Shown here: positions 9,052-15,551 of the stretch, piece after piece
How the letters are laid out: every line of letters starts with the position of its first letter
Numbering within the stretch: the stretch's first letter is position 1
Origin: a virus
Taxonomy: Duplodnaviria; Caudoviricetes
Length of the DNA: 64,000 nt
Virus record (IMG/VR): IMGVR_UViG_3300002835_000006
Strand: one strand, 5' to 3'
Translations under genes and position numbers: made by a program
The notes under the pieces: model-generated
Seen by the model: the letters and a program-made list of their open reading frames with translations, nothing else
What the model was told of the DNA's origin: nothing
The model's database searches: none

Positions 9052-9768
9052 ATGAAAATAGAACAATCTTTACCCACAGTACTATCTCCCGAAGAAAAAA
9101 AATATCTTCGAAGTTATACAAGATACTTGAAAGCCTCAGGTATGAGTGAAGGACTTCTTGAGATTGAATTTGATGATTATGTAATTGATGATATTCATTG
9201 GGAGGAGTTCACCTCTTTTTCTAATAACTACAGAGTAGATATTACTGAAGAGTTACAACAAATCTTTGAAAAAATTTTTGATTTTATACAATCCAAAAAT
9301 CTTATTGAAGAACCTTATGAGGAATTAAATTATAGAAGACTTGAGATTGAAATAGATTGTAGAAATTCAACGATTACTATATCTGATTTTTATACCTACT
9401 ATGAAACTTCAGAAACCGAAGGTGTTTCTTACGAAGATGATGAACAACTAGACGAACTCTTTGATTCTATTTCAAAGGTTTTTGATGATAATGGCGTCAA
9501 AGATAAAGAATTCACTCTTGATTACAATGGTAGTGGTGACAGTGGTTATATAGAGGATAATTTCAGTAATAATATTCGTGTTCCAGACAAGGTCGAAGAT
9601 TGGTGTTATCGTCAGTTAGAAAATCATTTTGGAGGTTGGGAAATAAATGAAGGTTCTCAGGGTCAGTTTATCTTTGATTCCGATACAAAAACTATAGAGT
9701 TACTTCACACCGCAAATGTTGAAGAGCAAATCAATAAAACAATTTTCGAAGAAAAATTTTCTGAATAA
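9052..9768 (+). CDS. conserved hypothetical protein (C-terminal DUF6878-like domain)
   Basis: YNGSGDSGYIE ... GGWEINEGSQG motif. Confidence 0.65.
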   Translation: MKIEQSLPTVLSPEEKKYLRSYTRYLKASGMSEGLLEIEFDDYVIDDIHWEEFTSFSNNYRVDITEELQQIFEKIFDFIQSKNLIEEPYEELNYRRLEIEIDCRNSTITISDFYTYYETSETEGVSYEDDEQLDELFDSISKVFDDNGVKDKEFTLDYNGSGDSGYIEDNFSNNIRVPDKVEDWCYRQLENHFGGWEINEGSQGQFIFDSDTKTIELLHTANVEEQINKTIFEEKFSE

Positions 9769-9793
9769 AATTTTTTTATTATTTTTGTCTAAT

Positions 9794-9879
9794 ACCTCGG
9801 TGTTGAAATAGGTAGACAAGAGAGACTTAAAATCTCTTGGACAGTAATGTCCGTGCCGGTTCGACTCCGGCCCGAGGTA
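9794..9879 (+). tRNA. tRNA-Leu(UAA)
   Basis: ACCTCGG/CCGAGGT acceptor, loop CTTAAAA, long variable arm, T-loop TTCGACT. Confidence 0.95.
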
Positions 9880-9919
9880 CACTTGACACTTTCAATATTT
9901 TGAATATATTTATAACTGA

Positions 9920-10006
9920 ATGAAAACAATGAACTTCCATATAGAGTTTAGTAGTCAACAAGAGATTTGTTGGAAAACTCCTATGCGTAGTTCGGTAAAC
10001 ATGTAA
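9920..10006 (+). CDS. putative leader peptide MKTMNFHIEFSSQQEICWKTPMRSSVNM
   Basis: ATG at 9920, TAA at 10004, just after TTGACA (9883 region) and TATTTATA (9907); followed by a terminator. Confidence 0.65.
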   Translation: MKTMNFHIEFSSQQEICWKTPMRSSVNM

Positions 10007-10068
10007 ACTCCTGAAGAGTTATATATACAACCTCGGACTACGTAAGTGGTTCGGGGTTTTTTGTTTTT
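9984..10068 (+). promoter_or_regulatory. attenuator: antiterminator (9984-9995 : 10033-10044) versus terminator (10029-10041 : 10046-10058 + U-tract)
   Basis: 12-bp and 13-bp alternative helices share the segment CUCGGACUAC; TTTTGTTTTT follows the terminator stem. Confidence 0.7.
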
Positions 10069-10078
10069 AGGAAGTTTA

Positions 10079-10110
10079 TTTGGTTCTTTGAAATATTGGT
10101 TGTAAATTTG
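10079..10110 (+). promoter_or_regulatory. Bacteroidota-type promoter TTTG-N20-TAAATTTG upstream of tRNA-Glu
   Basis: Matches the -33/-7 consensus TTTG-N19-21-TAnnTTTG. Confidence 0.55.
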
Positions 10111-10118
10111 TAGTTCTT

Positions 10119-10190
10119 GGCCCCGTCGTCTAATGGTTAGGACGCCACCCTTTCACGGTGGAGATTTCGGTTCGACTCCGTGCGGGGCTA
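10119..10190 (+). tRNA. tRNA-Glu(UUC)
   Basis: GGCCCCG/CGGGGCT acceptor, loop CTTTCAC; one U-U mismatch in the T-stem. Confidence 0.93.
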
Positions 10191-10217
10191 CAAAATCTTA
10201 AATTTTAGCAATAATTC

Positions 10218-10290
10218 GGTAATCAAGCTAACTTAGTAGAAGCGTAGGACTGAAAATCCTGAGGAGTTGGAGCGTAACCAACGATTACCA
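10218..10290 (+). tRNA. tRNA-Phe(GAA), atypical T-loop
   Basis: GGTAATC/GATTACC acceptor, loop CTGAAAA, T-arm GTTGG-AGCGTAA-CCAAC. Confidence 0.85.
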
Positions 10291-10306
10291 CAAAAAAACA
10301 AATATT

Positions 10307-11116
10307 ATGAAAAAAACATGTTTAGTGATTTATGTCGGAAATGGATATTCCGAATTTGAACTTTCTCATGATGGTGCATACACCTATTCCACGGATATGA
10401 AAGAAAACTATGAAAATCATCAGGAGAATATTTTCAATCCACTAAGAGAACAAGGTTATGATGTGGAGTTTGCATTATTGACTAACAAACACGATAAGTA
10501 TGCCGAATATTTTCGTTTCTACAATGCCATTTTCTTGGATTACGATGAGGTTAGTCTACATGATGAGGAGGTAATGAAGAATTATTATTTTTGGAGATAC
10601 AATGTTCCTCCAGGTAACTTTCGTAGTGGAGGGAGATTTAAGAAATTGAAAAATAAAATTCCCGAATATGATATCTATGCAATCATCAGAACTGACACCT
10701 TTTTCCTCAAGAGTCTCAATGACCTGACTGTAGACTATGATAAAATGAATTGGTTATGGCCTGAGACAGATTGGCAAATGTTTACTGAATTTAAGGAAGC
10801 ATACCTAAGTGATGGTAAGACAGAATTTTGGCCTTGGCAAAAACATAATCGTGTAAACGGTAATGTTTTCAACATCGTACCAAAAAAGTTTTTCCGTATG
10901 TTTACAAATTATATCTGGATGGAACATGCAGCACTCTACGCGATGTTGAATGAGTTATCACCATTGGTGACCTTAGATGATGTCAACATGATGTTAGGAA
11001 TGGACAAATGTTATTGCACAGATATCAGATATTGTCAAAACCCTGTATATACGTTCAACAAAAAAATCATCAAGAATAGGTCTGATGCAAAACTCGAACA
11101 TTTTGGTAAAAAATAA
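10307..11116 (+). CDS. hypothetical protein (possibly glycosyltransferase-like)
   Basis: 269-aa ORF; YDIYAIIRTD motif is only suggestive. Confidence 0.65.
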   Translation: MKKTCLVIYVGNGYSEFELSHDGAYTYSTDMKENYENHQENIFNPLREQGYDVEFALLTNKHDKYAEYFRFYNAIFLDYDEVSLHDEEVMKNYYFWRYNVPPGNFRSGGRFKKLKNKIPEYDIYAIIRTDTFFLKSLNDLTVDYDKMNWLWPETDWQMFTEFKEAYLSDGKTEFWPWQKHNRVNGNVFNIVPKKFFRMFTNYIWMEHAALYAMLNELSPLVTLDDVNMMLGMDKCYCTDIRYCQNPVYTFNKKIIKNRSDAKLEHFGKK

Positions 11117-11121
11117 AATAT

Positions 11122-11193
11122 GGTCGGTTGGCCGAGTGGCTTAGGTGGAAGTCTGCAAAACTTTCTACACAGGTTCGAATCCTGTACCGACCT
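11122..11193 (+). tRNA. tRNA-Cys(GCA)
   Basis: GGTCGGT/ACCGACC acceptor, loop CTGCAAA, U73. Confidence 0.95.
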
Positions 11194-11199
11194 CGAAAT

Positions 11200-11272
11200 T
11201 GGAATATAGCTCAGTTGGTAGAGTACTACTCTGATACGGTAGTTGTCGGCGGTTCGAGCCCGCCTATTCCAA
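11200..11272 (+). tRNA. tRNA-Ile(GAU)
   Basis: TGGAATA/TATTCCA acceptor, loop CTGATAC. Confidence 0.94.
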
Positions 11273-11285
11273 CAACAATTTTGTT

Positions 11286-11816
11286 ATGAGACGAAAAATC
11301 ATTTTTATTGATGTTGATGGACCCTTGGCTTGGGGAACGTGGGATTTAGGACCTCAAAATTTCAATATCGAATGTGCTAATTCTCGCAAATTCCAAATTC
11401 CTTATCCTTGGGTACGGGAAGATTGTGAGGCATTACAGGAAATTTGTGAGCGAACAAATGCCGATTTAGTCGTCAGTTCAGATTGGAAACAATTCTATTC
11501 TATACGACAACTTAAAGACATTTTTGTCTCATACGGTGTATATGCACCTGTAATCGACCTAACAACTCATCTAAATTTGACTAACAAAATGAGTCCTCAA
11601 CCAGAGAAAGAAAGAGCACTTCAAATTGCTCAATGGGTCAAAGTCAATAAAGTTTCAAATTGGATTGCAATTGACGATATGAATTTATCCAAAGAGTTCA
11701 AATACCTGAAACCAAGAATACCTATGTGGAGACACGTACAGGTCGATGGGGATTGGGGTCACGGTGGCAGACTAAGAGATAAAGTTGAAGAATGTATCAA
11801 AAAGTTGGAAAAATAA
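11286..11816 (+). CDS. HAD-domain protein (RNA-repair 'Swiss Army Knife' HAD-like)
   Basis: IIFIDVDGPL, LVVSSDW, WIAIDD motifs. Confidence 0.8.
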   Translation: MRRKIIFIDVDGPLAWGTWDLGPQNFNIECANSRKFQIPYPWVREDCEALQEICERTNADLVVSSDWKQFYSIRQLKDIFVSYGVYAPVIDLTTHLNLTNKMSPQPEKERALQIAQWVKVNKVSNWIAIDDMNLSKEFKYLKPRIPMWRHVQVDGDWGHGGRLRDKVEECIKKLEK

Positions 11817-11831
11817 TCATATCTTTGTTTT

Positions 11832-12380
11832 ATGAAAATCAATAGAGCGGATTTGTTATGGTTCTTGAGTAACATCCGTAGAAGACATGAAGGAAAAGAA
11901 TTGACTGATGAGAAGTTGGTTGATGAATTTGCCCACTACATGGAGGCGAACCCCCGTTGTATTGATGTGAATGGTGTTAGTAAAAGAGGGAGGTTCAGTT
12001 ATTCAACTGTTGGATACGGTGTATTCAGTTTGATGGGTGAAAAGTATAGAATGGGTAGAATTGAGGTTTTCGATAGAGAAGATGAAAGTGGGTATCAAGT
12101 TCATGAGGGAATCTACACTATGCCATTCGAAGTTGTAACTCAATTTGAGGATTTTATCGAATCGATTGAAACTGATTTACCAATCAACATTGAGATTGGT
12201 TCTCATAAATGGTGTGAAGAGGAGTGTGCAAAATCTTTAGGTTTTGAAAACTCCGAAGCAATGAGAGACCCTGAGAACGTGAAAAAGTATCAAAGGATGA
12301 AAAACGATGAATATGCACGTGAACAGGGTTATGAAGATTGGGAAGATTTGTTGAACAAAAGTAAATGGACTAAAAAATAG
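11832..12380 (+). CDS. hypothetical protein
   Basis: 182-aa ORF preceded by TATCTTTG (-7 box). Confidence 0.7.
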   Translation: MKINRADLLWFLSNIRRRHEGKELTDEKLVDEFAHYMEANPRCIDVNGVSKRGRFSYSTVGYGVFSLMGEKYRMGRIEVFDREDESGYQVHEGIYTMPFEVVTQFEDFIESIETDLPINIEIGSHKWCEEECAKSLGFENSEAMRDPENVKKYQRMKNDEYAREQGYEDWEDLLNKSKWTKK

Positions 12381-12384
12381 TCAC

Positions 12385-12457
12385 GCGTGCGTAGCTCAAT
12401 TGGTAGAGTACTAGTCTCCAAAACTAGGTGTTTCAGGTTCGAGTCCTGACGTGCGTG
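12385..12457 (+). tRNA. tRNA-Trp(CCA)
   Basis: GCGTGCG/CGTGCGT acceptor, loop CTCCAAA, G73. Confidence 0.93.
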
Positions 12458-12462
12458 CACAA

Positions 12463-12588
12463 ATAGGTTGATTGGGGAAGGAATATACGTTAACCTGATG
12501 ATGGAGGTGGTATATTCGGAGTTGGAATCATCATAGTAATGCCAATCGTAAAAGGAGTTGTCCACGCGACCATCTTCTCCTTTCCTAT
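12463..12588 (+). ncRNA. unidentified pseudoknotted structured RNA between tRNA-Trp and tRNA-CAU
   Basis: Five perfect helices, two of them crossing (see findings). Confidence 0.6.
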
Positions 12589-12590
12589 AC

Positions 12591-12665
12591 GGACCCTTAG
12601 CTCAGTTGGTTAGCAGCGGCGCGCTCATAACGCGAAGGTCGTAGGTTCAAGTCCTACAGGGTCCA
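12591..12665 (+). tRNA. tRNA with CAU anticodon, probably Ile2 (lysidine-modified, reads AUA)
   Basis: GGACCCT/AGGGTCC acceptor with C4-G69 and C5-G68, loop CTCATAA; overall similar to E. coli ileX; lacks initiator features. Confidence 0.85.
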
Positions 12666-12670
12666 CAAAC

Positions 12671-12741
12671 TGTCGTATGGTGTAACGGTAACACAACAGA
12701 TTTTGATTCTGTTTTTCAAGGTTCGAATCCTTGTGCGACAT
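12671..12741 (+). tRNA. tRNA-Gln(UUG)
   Basis: TGTCGTA/TGCGACA acceptor (U1-A72), loop TTTTGAT. Confidence 0.93.
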
Positions 12742-12746
12742 CACAC

Positions 12747-12820
12747 GGTGGACGTAGCTCAGTTGGAAGAGCCCTAGCTTGTGGCGCTAGTTGTCGTGGG
12801 TTCGAACCCCACCGTTCACA
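12747..12820 (+). tRNA. tRNA-His(GUG) with G-1 and A73
   Basis: G-GTGGACG/CGTTCAC-A, loop TTGTGGC. Confidence 0.92.
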
Positions 12821-12835
12821 CAAATATTTAATGTT

Positions 12836-13126
12836 ATGAATGAAATTGGATTGATAGGTAGTTTGTTATTAACATTCTGTGGTTTACCAGAACTCCTTAG
12901 AACCCTCAAGAATCGAAGATGTGACATTGGTTGGGGTTTTCTCCTTATGTGGTTTTTCGGGGAAATATTCTGTCTATTTTACGGTTTAGATTTGAATGAG
13001 GTTCCATTGTTGATAAATTATTCTTTCAATCTGATAATTGTAGGTACAATGTTATATTTCAAAGTCAGAGGAGAGTTGCCTGAGTGGTTAAAGGAGCAGT
13101 TTGCTAAACTGTGGTCGAGTAATTGA
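12836..13126 (+). CDS. PQ-loop/SemiSWEET-like small membrane protein
   Basis: Three hydrophobic helices, CGLPELLRTLK (PQ-like PE); ATG at 12836; 3' end runs into tRNA-Ser. Confidence 0.7.
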   Translation: MNEIGLIGSLLLTFCGLPELLRTLKNRRCDIGWGFLLMWFFGEIFCLFYGLDLNEVPLLINYSFNLIIVGTMLYFKVRGELPEWLKEQFAKLWSSN

Positions 13127-13154
13127 CCCATTGGTTCGAATCCAATACTCTCCG
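13070..13154 (+). tRNA. tRNA-Ser(GCU)
   Basis: GGAGAGT/ACTCTCC acceptor, loop TTGCTAA, long variable arm, G73. Confidence 0.96.
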
Positions 13155-13236
13155 CAATAACTTGACAGTTTCTAAAGACTTTCATATATTTATAATCTCA
13201 AACGTTATAATAAACATTAACTAAAAAAAAACAAAA

Positions 13237-13425
13237 ATGAAAAAAATTTTTGCAATTGTATCACTTGTGGTTTTGTCTGCATGTGGTGGAAACGGAGCAT
13301 CAACTGAAGTAACAACAACTGATTCTTCAACTGTTGTAGTAGATTCAACTAAAGTAGATTCTACAGCCGTTCCTGTGGAACCAACAAAAGTTGATGAAGC
13401 TCCAAAAGTAGAAGAAGTTAAATAA
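13237..13425 (+). CDS. small lipoprotein
   Basis: MKK + hydrophobic segment + LSAC lipobox; T/S/D/V-rich tail. Confidence 0.8.
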   Translation: MKKIFAIVSLVVLSACGGNGASTEVTTTDSSTVVVDSTKVDSTAVPVEPTKVDEAPKVEEVK

Positions 13426-13442
13426 TAAAATTTCTTCCAAAT

Positions 13443-13470
13443 AAAAAAACCCACGTTTGTGGGTTTTTTT
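13443..13470. terminator. bidirectional intrinsic terminator
   Basis: aaaaaaacccac-gttt-gtgggttttttt. Confidence 0.75.
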
Positions 13471-14146
13471 ATATCTTGTCCTTATATCCAAAGAAATCTT
13501 TAATCCAATTTCCTCCTTTAAAAAAATCTTTTAAGTCCTCAGGTATTCCTGAGTTGACATCAGGTGAATTAGTATTATTCTCTGCTTTTTTTGAAACATC
13601 AGATGACGCCATTACACCACTTGATGTTCCAGCTTCTACATCCCCATCATATGCTTCATCAGTCATATTAGACACGTGAACATGGTCATCATGACCCTCG
13701 AAACCAAATGTCAAAAAAGCTTTCGGGTTACTTTTACCCTCCGAGTTCTTTTTGTAACCCATGTTCAAAAGAGTATTTGTAAATTTCTCAACGACTTCTC
13801 TATTTTTCGGAGCAACAACTACTTTTTTACCATCAGGTAGAATTATAAAATCGATATCCACTGCACCTTGTCTCCAATGTCTACTGACATGACCACTTGC
13901 ACTGAGTTTACGATGTCCTGTTTTCGCCCAATCAATTGTGATTTTGAAATTATTTACTTCAGCTGCTTTTTGTAAATCATCTAAAAGGGCTTTAGGTAAC
14001 TTATCCTTTTTTGTTCTTCCGTGGAAAATTAAATTTGGGTATTTTGATTCACTAGATTCTACATCAATCAAAACCTCATTGATAAAATTTTTGTTGGATA
14101 AAATCTTATCGAAAGTTTGCGATATTTTATGTTCTACTATATTCAC
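13469..14146 (-). CDS. Zn peptidase of the M15/LAS type (putative peptidoglycan peptidase)
   Basis: SRHWRQGAVD (SxHxxGxAxD) and HDDHVH (HxH). Confidence 0.7.
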   Translation of the reverse strand: MNIVEHKISQTFDKILSNKNFINEVLIDVESSESKYPNLIFHGRTKKDKLPKALLDDLQKAAEVNNFKITIDWAKTGHRKLSASGHVSRHWRQGAVDIDFIILPDGKKVVVAPKNREVVEKFTNTLLNMGYKKNSEGKSNPKAFLTFGFEGHDDHVHVSNMTDEAYDGDVEAGTSSGVMASSDVSKKAENNTNSPDVNSGIPEDLKDFFKGGNWIKDFFGYKDKI

Positions 14147-14180
14147 AAATCATAAATATTTGAGAAATAAAAAAAACCTG

Positions 14181-14483
14181 TTAGACAGGTTTTTTATAAC
14201 TTAGAACTTTCTTCCCTTTAGTATCTGAAGGAGGTGGGACAATAGGTTTTTTTTCCTTTTTAGTAGGTGGATTCAATCCGAATTTAATCCATTTGTACCA
14301 AATTCTTTCATGAATATAATATTGGATTGGTTTATATATAAGCTCAACAACACCAAAAGCTGCACCAATTTTTATATCTCCCGAAACCCACCACATACCG
14401 AGAAAACCTATTGTTGTACTTAAAATTCTATAAGTAATTGTTTTAGCTAAATGCCTTTTGTAAGATACTTTAGTCTGACTCAT
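14181..14483 (-). CDS. DUF2061-like membrane protein
   Basis: KRHLAKTITYRILST ... YYIHERIWYK. Confidence 0.8.
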   Translation of the reverse strand: MSQTKVSYKRHLAKTITYRILSTTIGFLGMWWVSGDIKIGAAFGVVELIYKPIQYYIHERIWYKWIKFGLNPPTKKEKKPIVPPPSDTKGKKVLSYKKPV

Positions 14484-14865
14484 ATTTTTCTATTGTTGGC
14501 GGACCACCAATACTGGCAAAACCACCGTCTCTGATAAAATTTATCCCAATCGCCCTTTCAATTTGAGGTGCTTCTGGGTCTTTATCATTAAATATAACGC
14601 GAGTGCCTCTTCCGCAATCCATAACTAACTGATGGTATTTCAATCCGACTTTTTCAAGTTCTTGTTTTGTGAATAATTCATATGTGGACGGTCTCGCCGT
14701 TGTAACAATTATGACCGAACCTTTTTCATATTGGTTGTTCAAATAATCGATTACGTCCTGTATAGGCTCTAAAATTGATTCAGAAAGTTTACTGAATTTT
14801 CTATATTTGACAATTGTACCATCAATGTCAACAAAAAAGGTCGGATTTTTAATTATTTTATTCAT
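14470..14865 (-). CDS. small HAD-superfamily phosphatase
   Basis: FFVDIDGTI, VTTAR, LKYHQLVM, IFND. Confidence 0.8.
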   Translation of the reverse strand: MNKIIKNPTFFVDIDGTIVKYRKFSKLSESILEPIQDVIDYLNNQYEKGSVIIVTTARPSTYELFTKQELEKVGLKYHQLVMDCGRGTRVIFNDKDPEAPQIERAIGINFIRDGGFASIGGPPTIEKYESD

Positions 14866-14877
14866 ATGTAAAAATAA

Positions 14878-14955
14878 GTGGCCAGAGGTTGATGGGATTT
14901 TACCTCGGGGCTAGCACCCTTTCATTGCTGCAGCAATTACATCAACATAGCCACC
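14878..14955 (-). ncRNA. candidate structured RNA (long closing stem, multibranch loop)
   Basis: GC-rich intergenic island: GUGGCUA/UGGCCAC, GUUGAUG/CAUCAAC, AUUGC/GCAAU, GGG/CCC. Confidence 0.4.
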
Positions 14956-15024
14956 ATTAGTTAGAATGTAATGTTATCGTTGTACTGTTCCCATTCGGAA
15001 CCTCCAACAAAAATATTTTCACTA

Positions 15025-15243
15025 CTAACCGTTTTCTTTTTTTTCTTCAATTTCAGAAGATTTGAAATTTTTTTTATTAAGTTCATCAATCGATATTTCA
15101 TCATTTTTCCAGTTTTTCCAAATGTCAAAATCTTTCAAATCTTCAATTGTTTTTTCATGGATTAAAATGAAACCTTCAGGTGCACAACCTTGAAATTTCG
15201 TCTTTAATCCTTTTTCTTCAATAAGTTTTTTTAAATCAATCAT
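15025..15243 (-). CDS. hypothetical protein
   Basis: 72-aa ORF with phage-like composition. Confidence 0.6.
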   Translation of the reverse strand: MIDLKKLIEEKGLKTKFQGCAPEGFILIHEKTIEDLKDFDIWKNWKNDEISIDELNKKNFKSSEIEEKKENG

Positions 15244-15326
15244 TGTTCGAAGATAATCAAAATTAAACTATTTATTTCAGAAAACAAAGTCTTAGGACAT
15301 AAACTTTAAATAGTAATACATGGAAG

Positions 15327-15551
15327 ATGGTGAAAAAAATATCCACTTGGAGAAACACTCTCCAAGACAATTTATCTCAAGTGTTTCTAATGTTAGCACT
15401 TTTCTTCAATCCTTTTGGATTCGATGCCGTTCAGTATTCCCTGTTGTTACTGACAGGAAGTTTATGGAAAGCGAACTTCGTTTTGTATTGTATTGCGGCT
15501 TTCTTTTTTGGATTATATATCTATTTTCGAAAGTTATCTAAAGAGCTTTGA
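15327..15551 (+). CDS. small membrane protein
   Basis: Two hydrophobic helices, basic C-terminus. Confidence 0.6.
   Translation: MVKKISTWRNTLQDNLSQVFLMLALFFNPFGFDAVQYSLLLLTGSLWKANFVLYCIAAFFFGLYIYFRKLSKEL

Noticed and set aside
12495-12550. Hammerhead ribozyme (CUGAUGA core present)
   Set aside because: No GAAA follows a stem II, and the UGAUGAU segment is used in a pseudoknot helix; the hammerhead topology cannot be built.
12329-12565. Minus-strand 78-aa ORF
   Set aside because: Antisense to tRNA-Trp and the structured RNA; no promoter or protein-like signature.
15320-15541. Alternative 73-aa ORF overlapping 15327-15551
   Set aside because: The other frame gives a clean two-helix membrane protein; this frame has no recognisable features.
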